Position numbers and translations under genes: made by a program. From Camelus dromedarius (Eukaryota), in the NCBI RefSeq assembly GCF_036321535.1, contig NC_087436.1:2790001-2854000 (forward strand): a stretch of 64,000 nt of DNA, read 5' to 3'. The notes below the pieces were generated by a model, which worked only from the letters and a program-made list of their open reading frames with translations, searched no databases and had not been told where the DNA came from. Every line of letters starts with the position of its first letter. The stretch's first letter is position 1. Positions 13,401 through 26,300 of the stretch are shown in pieces.

Positions 13401-14162
13401 AGTATGTTTCCTGTTGCCGTTTTAAAGTTCCTGCAGTTTTCACTGTAAAACCGAGTTGGAGCTAGTACATCCCCTTATATATGTATGGAGTGGAATTTGC
13501 AACTGAAAGGAACTTTGTGTTCCCAAGAAACTAGGTGAAGGTCGGCCTTCACACACACTTATCTCTCACAACTGAGCATGTGGAGAGACGTTCGTTCATC
13601 TAGCACAAAGGGAACGGGTTGCAGGAGAAACTTTTTGCTCTCTTTTCTCAGTCGGTTTCCTAGTGCCGGTTTGAAGTTCCTGCAGTTTTAACTGTAAAAC
13701 AGATTTGGAGCTAGTAACTCCCCATATATATGTATGGATTGGAGTTTGCAACTGAAAAGAAACTTTGTGTTCCCAACAAGCCTTGTGAAGGACGGCTTTC
13801 ACACACAATTATCTCTCAGAACTGAGCATGTGGAGAGACATTCGTTCATCTAGCACAAAGGGAACGGGTTGAAGGAGAAACTTTTTCTCTGGTTTCTCTG
13901 TCTGTTTCCTGTTGCCGGTTTAAAGTGCCTGCAGTTTTCACTGTAAAAACGATTTGGAGGTAGTACCTCCCCATATATATGTATGGAGTGGAGTTTGCAA
14001 CTGAAAGGAACTTTGTGTTCCCAAGAAGCTAGGTGAAGGACGGCTTTCACACACACTTATCTCTCAGAACTGAGCATGTGGAGAGACGTTCGTTCATCTA
14101 GCACAAAGGGAACGGTTTGCAGGAGAAACTTTTACTCTGGTTTCTCAGTCTGTTTCCTAGTG
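10437..14162. repeat. Third, partial HOR copy: monomers 9-22 plus monomer 1
   Basis: Monomer with AATCTTTG/GTGCAGTAC/CTTAAGTC starts at 2487, 7954 and 10437. Offset to the first copy is 7,950, as for ORFs 5646/13596 and 5900/13850. Confidence 0.9.
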
Positions 14163-17100
14163 CCGGTTTGAAGTTCCTGCAGTTTTCACTGTAAAACCGA
14201 TTTGGAGCTAGTACCTCCCCATATAAATGTATGGAGTGGAGTTTGCAAGTGAAAAGAAACTTTGTGTTCCCAACAAGCTATTTGAAGTACGGCTTTCACA
14301 CACAGTTATCCCTCAGAACTGAGCATGTGGAGAGACGTTCGTTCATCTAGCACAAAGGGAATGGGTTGCAGGAGAAACTTTTACTCTGGTTTCTCATTCT
14401 GTTTCCTAGTGCCGGTTTGAAGTTCCTGCAATTTTCACTGTAAAACCGATTTGGAGCTAGTACCTCCCCATATATATGTATGGATTGGAGTTTGCAAGTG
14501 AAAAGAAACTTTGTGTTCCCAACAAGCTAGGTGAAGGACGGCTTTCACACACAATTATCTCTCAGAACTGAGCATGTGGAGAGACGTTCGTTCATCTAGC
14601 ACAAAGTGAACGTGTTGCAGGTGAAACTTTTACTCTGGTTCCTCAGTCTGTTTCCTAGCGCCGGTTTGAAGTTCCTGCAGTTTTCACTGTAAGAGCGAGT
14701 TGAAGCTAGTACCTCCCCATATATATGTATGGAGTGGAGTTTGCAAATGAAAAGAAACTTTGTGTTCCCTAGAAGCTAGGTGAAGTATGGCATTCACACA
14801 CTATTATCTCTCAGAACTGAGCATGTGGAGTTACGTTCGTTCATCTAGCACAAACGGAAAGGGTTGCAGGAGAAACTTAACTCTAGTTTCTCAGTCTGTT
14901 TCCTAGTGCCGGTTTGAAGTTCCTGCAGTTTTCAGTGTAAACCCGAGATGCATCTAGTACCTCCTCATATATATGTATGAAGTGGAGTTTGCAAGTGAAA
15001 AGAAACTTTGTGTTCCCAACAAGCTAGTTGAAGGACGGCTTTCACACACACTTTTCTCTCAGAACTGAGCATGTGGAGAGACGTTCGTTCATCTAGCACA
15101 AAGGGAACGGGTTGAAGGAGAAACTTTTTCTCTGGTTTCTCAGTATGTTTCCTGTTGCCGGTTTAAAGTTCCTGCAGTTTTCACTGTAAAACCGAGTTGG
15201 AGCTAGTACATCCCCTTATATATGTATGGAGTGGAATTTGCAACTGAAAGGAACTTTGTGTTCCCAAGAAACTAGGTGAAGTTCGGCTTTCACACACACT
15301 TATCTCTCACAACTGAGCATGTGGAGAGACGTTCGTTCTTCTAGTACAAAGGGAACAGGTTGCAGGAGAAACTTTTACTCTCTTTTCTCAGTCGGTTTCC
15401 TAGTGCCGGTTTGAAGTTCCTGCAGTTTTAACTGTAAAACAGATTTGGAGCTAGTAACTCCCCATATATATGTATGGATTGGAGTTTGCAACTGAAAAGA
15501 AACTTTGTGTTCCCAACAAGCCTTGTGAAGGACGGCTTTCACACACACTTATCTCTCATAACTGAGCATGTGGAGAGACATTCGTTCATCTAGCACAAAT
15601 TTAACGGGTTGATGGAGAAACTTTTTCTCTGGTTTCTCTGTCTGTTTCCTGTTGCCGGTTTAAAGTTCCTGCAGTTTTCACTGTAAAAACGATTTGGAGG
15701 TAGTACCTCCCCTTATATATGTATGGAGTGGAGTTTTCAACTGAAAGGAACTTTGTGTTCCCAAGAAGCTAGGTGAAGGACGGCTTTCACACACACTTAT
15801 CTCTCAGAACTGAGCATGTGGAGAGACGTTCGTTCATCTAGCACAAAAGGAACGGGTTGCAGGAGAAACTTTTACTCTGGTTTCTCAGTCTGTTTCCTAG
15901 TGCCGGTTTGATGTTCCTGCAGTTTTCACTGTAAAACCGAGTTGGAGCTTGTACCTACCCATATATATGTATGCAGTGGAGTTTGCAACTGAAAAGAAAC
16001 TTTGTGTTCCCAACAAGCTATTTGAAGGACGGCTTTCACACACAGTTATCCCTCAGAACTGAGCATGTGGAGAGACGTTCGTTCATCTAGCACAAAGGGA
16101 ATGGGTTGAAGGAGAAACTTTTACTCTGGTTTCTCATTCTGTTTCCTAGTGCCGGTTTGAATTTCCTGCAATTTTCACTGTAAAACCGAGTTGGAGCTAG
16201 TACCTCCCCATATATATGTATGGATTGGAGTTTGCAAGTGAAAAGAAACTTGGTGTTCCCAACAAGCTAGGTTAAGGACGGCTTTCACACACCTTATCTC
16301 TCAGAACTGAGCATGTGGAGAGACGTTCGTTCATCTAGCAGAAAGGGAACGGGTTGTAGGAGAAACTTTTACTCTGGTTTCTCAGTCTGTTTCCTAGTGC
16401 CGGTTTGAATTTCCTGCAGTTTTCACTGTAAAACCGAGTTGGAGTTTGTACCTCCCCATATATATGTATGGAGTGGAGTTTGCAACTGAAAAGAAACTTT
16501 GTGTTCCCAAGAAGCTAGGTGAAGGACGGCTTTCACACACTCTTATCTCTCAGAACTGAGCATGTGGAGAGACGTTCGTTCATCTACCACAAAGGAATCG
16601 GGATGCAGGAGAAACTTAACTCTGGTTTCTCATTTTGTTTCCTAGTGCCGGTTTGAAGTTCCTGCAGTTTTCACTGTAAAACCGATTTGGAGATAGTACC
16701 TCCCCATATATATGTATGGAGTGGAGTTTGCAAGTGAAAAGAAACTTTGTGTACCCAACAAGCTAGGTGAAGTACCGCTTAAACACACAATTATCTCTCA
16801 GAACTGAGCATGTGGAGAGACGTTCGTTCATCTAGCACAAAAGTAACGGGTTGCAGGAGAAACTTTTACTCTGGTTTCTCAGTCTGTTTCCTAGTGCCGG
16901 TTTGAAGTTCCTGCAGTTTTCACTTTTAAACCGAGTTGGAGCTAGTACCTCCCCATATAAATGTATGGAGTGGAGTTTGCAAGTGAAAAGAAACTTTGTG
17001 TTCCCAACAAGCTATTTGAAGGACGGCTTTCACACACAGTTATCCCTCAGAACTGAGCATGTGGAGAGACGTTCGTTCATCTAGCAGAAAGGGAATGGGT

Positions 17101-20100
17101 TGCAGGTGAAACTTTTACTCTGGTTTCTCAGTCTGTTTCCTAGTGCCGGTTTGAAGTTCCTGCAGTTTTCACTGTAAGAGCGAGTTGAAGCTAGTACCTC
17201 CCCATATATATGTACGGAGTGGAGTTTGCAAATGAAAAGAAACTTTGTGTTCCCTAGAAGCTAGCTGAAGTATGGCATTCAAACACTATTATCTCTCAGA
17301 ACTGAGCATGTGGACATACGTTCGTTCATCTAGCACAAACGGAACGGGTTGCAGGAGAAACTTAACTCTAGTTTCTCAGTCTGTTTCCTAGTGCCGGTTT
17401 GAAGTTCCTGCAGTTTTCAGTGTAAATCCGAGATGCATCTAGTACCTCCTCATATATATGTATGAAGTGGAGTTTGCAAGTGAAAAGAAACTTTGTGTTC
17501 CCAACAAGCTAGTTGAAGGACGGCTTTCACACACACTTTTCTCTCAGAACTGAGCATGTGGAGAGACGTTCGTTCATCTAGCACAAAGGGAACGGGTTGA
17601 AGGAGAAATTTTTCTCTGGTTTCTCAGTATGTTTCCTGTTGCCGTTTTAAAGTTCCTGCAGTTTTCACTGTAAAACCGAGTTGGAGCTAGTACATCCCCT
17701 TATATATGTATGGAGTGGAATTTGCAACTGAAAGGAACTTTGTGTTCCCAAGAAACTAGGTGAAGGTCGGCCTTCACACACACTTATCTCTCACAACTGA
17801 GCATGTGGAGAGACGTTCGTTCATCTAGCACAAAGGGAACGGGTTGCAGGAGAAACTTTTTGCTCTCTTTTCTCAGTCGGTTTCCTAGTGCCGGTTTGAA
17901 GTTCCTGCAGTTTTAACTGTAAAACAGATTTGGAGCTAGTAACTCCCCATATATATGTATGGATTGGAGTTTGCAACTGAAAAGAAACTTTGTGTTCCCA
18001 ACAAGCCTTGTGAAGGACGGCTTTCACACACAATTATCTCTCAGAACTGAGCATGTGGAGAGACATTCGTTCATCTAGCACAAAGGGAACGGGTTGAAGG
18101 AGAAACTTTTTCTCTGGTTTCTCTGTCTGTTTCCTGTTGCCGGTTTAAAGTTCCTGCAGTTTTCACTGTAAAAACGATTTGGAGGTAGTACCTCCCCATA
18201 TATATGTATGGAGTGGAGTTTGCAACTGAAAGGAACTTTGTGTTCCCAAGAAGCTAGGTGAAGGACGGCTTTCACACACACTTATCTCTCAGAACTGAGC
18301 ATGTGGAGAGACGTTTGTTCATCTAGCAAAAAGGGAACGGGTTGCAGGAGAAACTTTTTCTCTGGTTTCTCAGTCTGTTTCCTGTTGCCGGTTTGAAGTT
18401 CCTGCAATTTTCACTGTAAAACCGAGTTGGAGCTAGAACATCCCCATATATTTGTATGGAGGGGAGTTTGCAAATGAAAAGAAACTTTGTGTTCCCAACA
18501 AGCTAGGTGAAGGACGGCTTTCACACACACTTATCTCTCAGAACTGAGCATGTGGAGAGACGTTCGTTCATCTAGCACAAAGGGAACGGTTTGCAGGAGA
18601 AACTTTTACTCTGGTTTCTCAGTCTGTTTCCTAGTGCCGGTTTGAAGTTCCTGCAGTTTTCACTGTAAAACCGATTTGGAGCTAGTACCTCCCCATATAA
18701 ATGTATGGAGTGGAGTTTGCAAGTGAAAAGAAACTTTGTGTTCCCAACAAGCTATTTGAAGTACGGCTTTCACACACAGTTATCCCTCAGAACTGAGCAT
18801 GTGGAGAGACGTTCGTTCATCTAGCACAAAGGGAATGGGTTGCAGGAGAAACTTTTACTCTGGTTTCTCATTCTGTTTCCTAGTGCCGGTTTGAAGTTCC
18901 TGCAATTTTCACTGTAAAACCGATTTGGAGCTAGTACCTCCCCATATATATGTATGGATTGGAGTTTGCAAGTGAAAAGAAACTTTGTGTTCCCAACAAG
19001 CTAGGTGAAGGACGGCTTTCACACACAATTATCTCTCAGAACTGAGCATGTGGAGAGACGTTCGTTCATCTAGCACAAAGTGAACGTGTTGCAGGTGAAA
19101 CTTTTACTCTGGTTCCTCAGTCTGTTTCCTAGCGCCGGTTTGAAGTTCCTGCAGTTTTCACTGTAAGAGCGAGTTGAAGCTAGTACCTCCCCATATATAT
19201 GTATGGAGTGGAGTTTGCAAATGAAAAGAAACTTTGTGTTCCCTAGAAGCTAGGTGAAGTATGGCATTCACACACTATTATCTCTCAGAACTGAGCATGT
19301 GGAGATACGTTCGTTCATCTAGCACAAACGGAAAGGGTTGCAGGAGAAACTTAACTCTAGTTTCTCAGTCTGTTTCCTAGTGCCGGTTTGAAGTTCCTGC
19401 AGTTTTCAGTGTAAACCCGAGATGCATCTAGTACCTCCTCATATATATGTATGAAGTGGAGTTTGCAAGTGAAAAGAAACTTTGTGTTCCCAACAAGCTA
19501 GTTGAAGGACGGCTTTCACACACACTTTTCTCTCAGAACTGAGCATGTGGAGAGACGTTCGTTCATCTAGCACAAAGGGAACGGGTTGAAGGAGAAACTT
19601 TTTCTCTGGTTTCTCAGTATGTTTCCTGTTGCCGGTTTAAAGTTCCTGCAGTTTTCACTGTAAAACCGAGTTGGAGCTAGTACATCCCCTTATATATGTA
19701 TGGAGTGGAATTTGCAACTGAAAGGAACTTTGTGTTCCCAAGAAACTAGGTGAAGGTCGGCTTTCACACACACTTATCTCTCACAACTGAGCATGTGGAG
19801 AGACGTTCGTTCTTCTAGTACAAAGGGAACGGGTTGCAGGAGAAACTTTTACTCTCTTTTCTCAGTCGGTTTCCTAGTGCCGGTTTGAAGTTCGTGCAGT
19901 TTTAACTGTAAAACAGATTTGGAGCTAGTAACTCCCCATATATATGTATGGATTGGAGTTTGCAACTGAAAAGAAACTTTGTGTTCCCAACAAGCCTTGT
20001 GAAGGACGGCTTTCACACACACTTATCTCTCATAACTGAGCATGTGGAGAGACATTCGTTCATCTAGCACAAATTTAACGGGTTGATGGAGAAACTTTTT

Positions 20101-20375
20101 CTCTGGTTTCTCTGTCTGTTTCCTGTTGCCGGTTTAAAGTTCCTGCAGTTTTCACTGTAAAAACGATTTGGAGGTAGTACCTCCCCTTATATATGTATGG
20201 AGTGGAGTTTTCAACTGAAAGGAACTTTGTGTTCCCAAGAAGCTAGGTGAAGGACGGCTTTCACACACACTTATCTCTCAGAAATGAGCATGTGGAGAGA
20301 CGTTCGTTCATCTACCAAAAAGGGAACGGGTTGCAGGGAAACTATTACTCTGGTTTCTCAGTCTGTTTCCTGTTG
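11678..20375. repeat. Tandem 17-mer (11678-15902, 4,225 bp) and 18-mer (15903-20375) HOR variants
   Basis: The GCTTGTACCTACC/ATGCAGT monomer starts at 11678 and 15903. ORF offsets are 4,225 (12626/16851, 13850/18075). Private markers CTAGCGCCGG and AAATTTAACGGG recur at offset ~4,474, one extra monomer. Confidence 0.88.
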
Positions 20376-23300
20376 CCGGTTTGAAGTTCCTGCAATTTTC
20401 ACTGTAAAACCGATTTGGAGCTAGAACATCCCCATATATTTGTATGGAGGGGAGTTTGCAAATGAAAAGAAACTTTGTGTTCCCAACAAGCTAGGTGAAG
20501 GACGGCTTTCACACACACTTATCTCTCAGAACTGAGCATGTGGAGAGACGTTCGTTCATCTAGCACAAAGGGAACGGGTTGCAGGAGAAACTTTTACTCT
20601 GGTTTCTCAGTCTGTTTCCTAGTGCCGGTTTGAAGTTCCTGCAGTTTTCACTGTAAAACCGATTTGGAGCTAGTACCTCCCCATATATATGTATGGAGTG
20701 GAGTTTGCAACTGAAAAGAAACTTTGTGTTCCCAACAAGCTAGGTGAAAGACGGCTTTCACACACGCTTATCTCTCAGAACTGAGCATGTGGAGAGACGT
20801 TCGTTCATCTAGCACAAAGGGAACGGGTTGCAGGAGAAACTTTTACTCTGGTTTCTCAGTCTGTTTCCTAGTGCCGGTTTGAAGTTCCTGCAGTTTTCAC
20901 TGTAAGAGCGAGTTGAAGCTAGTACCTCCCCATATATATGTATGGATTGGAGTTTGCAAATGAAAAGAAACTTTGTGTTCCCTAGAAGCTAGGTGAAGTA
21001 TGGCATTCACACACTATTATCTCTCAGAACTGAGCATGTGGAGAGACGTTCGTTCATCTAGCAGAAAGGAAACGGGTTGCAGGGGAAACTTAACTCTGGT
21101 TTCTCAGTCTGTTTCCTAGTTCCGGTTTGAAGTTCCTGCAGTTTTCACTGTAAAATCAAGTTGGAGCTAGTACATCCCCTTATATATGTATGGAGTGGAA
21201 TTTGCAACTGAAAGGAACTTTGTGTTCCCAAGAAACTATTTGAAGTTCGGCTTTCACACACTCTTATCTCTCAGAACTGAGCATGTGGAGAGACGTTCGT
21301 TCATCTAGCAGAAAGAAGCGGGTTGCAGGAGAAACTTAACTCTGGTTTCTCATTCTGTTTCCTAGTGCCGGTTTGAAGTTCCTGCAGTTTTCACTGTAAA
21401 ACCGAGTTGGAGCTAGTACCTCCCCATATATATGTATGGATTGGAGTTTGCAACTGAAAAGAAACTTTGTGTTCCCAAGAAGCTAGGTGAAGTACGGCTT
21501 TCACACAGTATTATCTCTCAGAACTGAGCATGTGGAGAGACGTTCGTTCATCTAGCACAAAGAAGCGGGTTGCAGGAGAAACTTAACTCTGGTTTCTCAT
21601 TCTGTTTCCTAGTGCCGGTTTGAAGTTCCTGCAGTTTTCACTGTAAAACCGATTTGGAGATAGTACTTCCCCATATATATGTATGGAGTGGGGTTTGCAA
21701 GTGAAAAGAAACTTTGTGTTCCCAACAAGCTAGGTGAAGGACGGCTTTAACACACAATTATCTCTCAGAACTGAGCATGTGGAGAGACGTTCGTTCATCT
21801 AGCACAAAGGGAATGGGTTGCAGGAGAAACTTTTACTCTGGTTTCTCATTCTGTTTCCTAGTGCCGGTTTGAATTTCCTGAAATTTTCACTGTAAAACCG
21901 AGTTGGAGCTAGTACCTCCCCATATATATGTATGGATTGGAGTTTGCAAGTGAAAAGAAACTTTGTGTTCCCAACAAGCTAGGTTAAGGACGGCTTTCAC
22001 ACACTCTTATCTCTCAGAACTGAGCATGTGGAGAGACGTTCGTTCATCTAGCACAAAGGAATCGAGTTGAAGGAGAAACTTAACTCTGGTTTCTCATTTT
22101 GTTTCCTAGTGCCGGTTTGAAGTTCCTGCAGTTTTCACTGTTAAACCGAGTTGGAGCTAGTACCTCCCCATATAAATGTATGGAGTGGAGTTTGCAAGTG
22201 AAAAGAAACTTTGTGTTCCCAACAAGCTATTTGAAGGACGGCTTTCACACACAGTTATCCCTCAGAACTGAGCATGTGGAGAGACGTTCGTTCATCTAGC
22301 ACAAAAGGAATGGGTTGCAGGTGAAACTTTTACTCTGGTTTCTCAGTCTGTTTCCTAGTGCCGGTTTGAAGTTCCTGCAGTTTTCACTGTAAGAGCGTGT
22401 TGAAACTAGTACCTCCCCATATATATGTATGGAGTGGAGTTTGCAAATGAAAAGAAACTTTGTGTTCCCTAGAAGCTAGGTGAATTATGGCATTCAAACA
22501 CTATTATCTCTCAGAACTGAGCATGTGGACATACGTTCGTTCATCTAGCACAAACGGAACGGGTTGCAGGAGAAACTTAACTCTAGTTTCTCAGTCTGTT
22601 TCCTAGTGCCGGTTTGAAGTTCCTGCAGTTTTCAGTGTAAAACCGAGATGCATCTAGTACCTCCTCATATATATGTATGAAGTGGAGTTTGCAAGTGAAA
22701 AGAAACTTTGTGTTCCCAACAAGCTAGTTGAAAGACGGCTTTCACACACACTTTTCTCTCAGAACTGAGCATGTGGAGAGACGTTCGTTCATCTAGCACA
22801 AAGGGAACGGGTTGAAGGAGAAATTTTTCTCTGGTTTCTCAGTATGTTTCCTGTTGCCGTTTTAAAGTTCCTGCAGTTTTCACTGTAAAACCGAGTTGGA
22901 GCTAGTACATCCCCTTATATATGTATGGAGTGGAATTTGCAACTGAAAGGAACTTTGTGTTCCCAAGAAACTAGGTGAAGGTCGGCCTTCACACACACTT
23001 ATCTCTCACAACTGAGCATGTGAAGAGACGTTCGTTCATCTAGCACAAAGGGAACGGGTTGCAGGAGAAACTTTTTCTCTCTTTTCTCAGTCGGTTTCCT
23101 AGTGCCGGTTTGAAGTTCCTGCAGTTTTAACTGTAAAACAGATTTGGAGCTAGTACCTCCCCATATATATGTATGGATTGGAGTTTGCAACTGAAAAGAA
23201 ACTTTGTGTTCCCAACAAGCCTTGTGAAGGACGGCTTTCACACACACTTATCTCTCAGAACTGAGCATGTGGAGAGACATTCGTTCATCTAGCACAAAGG

Positions 23301-26300
23301 GAACGTGTTGAAGGAGAAACTTTTTCTCTGGTTTCTGTGTCTGTTTCCTGTTGCCGGTTTAAAGTTCCTGCAGTTTTCACTGTAAAAACGATTTGGAGGT
23401 AGTACCTCCCCATATATATGTATGGAGTGGAGTTTTCAACTGAAAGGAACTTTGTGTTCCCAAGAAGCTAGGTGAAGGACGGCTTTCACACACACTTATC
23501 TCTCAGAACTGAGCATGTGGAGAGACGTTCGTTCATCTAGCAAAAAGGGAACGGGTTGCAGGAGAAACTTTTACTCTGGTTTCTCAGTCTGTTTCCTGTT
23601 GCCGGTTTGAAGTTCCTGCAATTTTCACTGTAAAACCGAGTTGGAGCTAGAACATCCCCATATAATTGTATGGAGGGGAGTTTGCAAATGAAAAGAAACT
23701 TTGTGTTCCCAACAAGCTAGGTGAAGGACGGCTTTCACACACACTTACCTCTCAGAACTGAGCATGTGGAGAGACGTTCGTTCATCTAGCACAAAGGGAA
23801 CGGGTTGCAGGAGAAACTTTTACTCTGGTTTCTCAGTCTGTTTCCTAGTGCCGGTTTGAAGTTCCTGCAGTTTTCACTGTAAAACCGATTTGGAGCTAGT
23901 ACCTCCCCATATAAATGTATGGAGTGGAGTTTGCAAGTGAAAAGAAACTTTGTGTTCCCAACAAGCTATTTGAAGTACGGCTTTCACACACAGTTATCCC
24001 TCAGAACTGAGCATGTGGAGAGACGTTCGTTCATCTAGCACAAAGGGAATGGGTTGCAGGAGAAACTTTTACTCTGGTTTCTCATTCTGTTTCCTAGTGC
24101 CGGTTTGAATTTCCTGCAATTTTCACTGTAAAACCGAGTTGGAGCTAGTACCTCCCCATATATATGTATGGAGTGGAGTTTGCAAATGAAAAGAAACTTT
24201 GTGTTCCCTAGAAGCTAGGTGAAGTATGGCATTCACACAGTATTATCTCTCAGAACTGAGCATTTGGAGATACGTTCGTTCATCTAGCACAAACGGAAAG
24301 TGTTGCAGGAGAAACTTAACTCTAGTTTCTCAGTCTGTTTCCTAGTGCCGGTTTGAAGTTCCTGCAGTTTTCAGTGTAAACCCGAGATGCATCTAGTACC
24401 TCCTCATATATATGTATGAAGTGGAGTTTGCAAGTGAAAAGAAAGTTTGTGTTCCCAACAAGCTAGTTGAAGGACGGCTTTCACACACACTTTCCTCTCA
24501 GAACTGAGCATGTGGAGAGACGTTCGTTCATCTAGCACAAAGGGAACGGGTTGAAGGAGAAACTTTTTCTCTGGTTTCTCAGTATGTTTCCTGTTGCCGG
24601 TTTAAAGTTCCTGCAGTTTTCACTGTAAAACCGAGTTGGAGCTAGTACATCCCCTTATATATGTATGGAGTGGAATTTGCAACTGAAAGGAACTTTGTGT
24701 TCCCAAGAAACTAGGTGATGGTCGGCTTTCACACACACTTATCTCTCACAACTGAGCATGTGGAGAGACGTTCGTTCATCTAGCACAAAGGGAAAGGGTT
24801 GCAGGAGAAACTTTACTCTCTTTTCTCAGTCGGTTTCCTAGTGCCGGTTTGAAGTTCCTGCAGTTTTAACTGTAAAACAGATTTGGAGCTAGTAACTCCC
24901 CATATATATGTATGGATTGGAGTTTGCAACTGAAAAGAAACTTTGTGTTCCCAACAAGCCTTGTGAAGGACGGCTTTCACACACACTTATCTCTCAGAAC
25001 TGAGCATGTGGAGAGACATTCGTTCATCTAGCACAAAGTTAACGGGTTGATGGAGAAACTTTTTCTCTGGTTTCTCTGTCTGTTTCCTGTTGCCGGTTTA
25101 AAGTTCCTGCAGTTTTCACTGTAAAAACGATTTGGAGGTAGTACCTCCCCATATATATGTATGGAGTGAAGTTTTCAACTGAAAGGAACTTTGTGTTCCC
25201 AAGAAGCTAGGTGAAGGACGGCTTTCACACACACTTATCTCTCAGAACTGAGCATGTGGAGAGACGTTCGTTCATCTACCAAAAAGGGAACGGGTTGCAG
25301 GAGAAACTATTACTCTGGTTTCTCAGTCAGTTTCCTGTTGCCGGTTTGAAGTTCCTGCAATTTTCACTGTAAAACCGATTTGGAGCTAGAACATCCCCAT
25401 ATATTTGTATGGAGGGGAGTTTGCAAATGAAAAGAAACTTTGTGTTCCCAACAAGCTAGGTGAAGGACGGCTTTCACACACACTTATCTCTCAGAACTGA
25501 GCATGTGGAGAGACGTTCGTTCATCTAGCACAAAGGGAACGGGTTGCAGGAGAAACTTTTACTCTGGTTTCTCAGTCTGTTTCCTAGTGCCGGTTTGAAG
25601 TTCCTGCAGTTTTCACTGTAAAACCGATTTGGAGCTAGTACCCCCCCATATATATGTATGGATTGGAGTTTGCAAGTGAAAAGAAACTTTGTGTTCCTAA
25701 CAAGCTAGGTGAAGGACGGCTTTCACACACACTTATCTCTCAGAACTGAGCATGTCGAGAGACGTTCGTTCATCTAGCACAAAGGGAACGGGTTGCAGGA
25801 GAAACTTTTACTCTGGTTTCTCATTCTTTTTCCTAGTGCCGGTTTGAAGTTCCTGCAATTTTCACTGAAAAACCGAGTTGGAGCTAGTACCTCCCCATAT
25901 ATATGTATGGATTGGAGTTTGCAAGTGAAAAGAAACTTTGTGTTCCCAAAAAGCTAGGTGAAGTACGGCTTTAACACACACTTATCTCTCAGAACTTAGC
26001 ATGTGGAGAGACGTTCGTTCATCTAGCACAAATGGAACGGGTTGCAGGAGAAACTTTTTGCTCTCTTTTCTCAGTCGGTTTCCTAGTGCCGGTTTGAAGT
26101 TCCTGCAGTTTTCACTGTAAAACCGAGTTGCAGCTAGTACATCCCCATATATATGTATGGAGTGGTATTTGCAACTGAAAAGAAACTTTGTGTTCCCAAC
26201 AAGCTAGGTGAAAGACGGCTTTAACACACGCTTATTTCTCAGAACTGAGCATGTGGAGAGACGTTCGTTCATCTAGCACAAAGGGAACGGTTTGCAGGAG

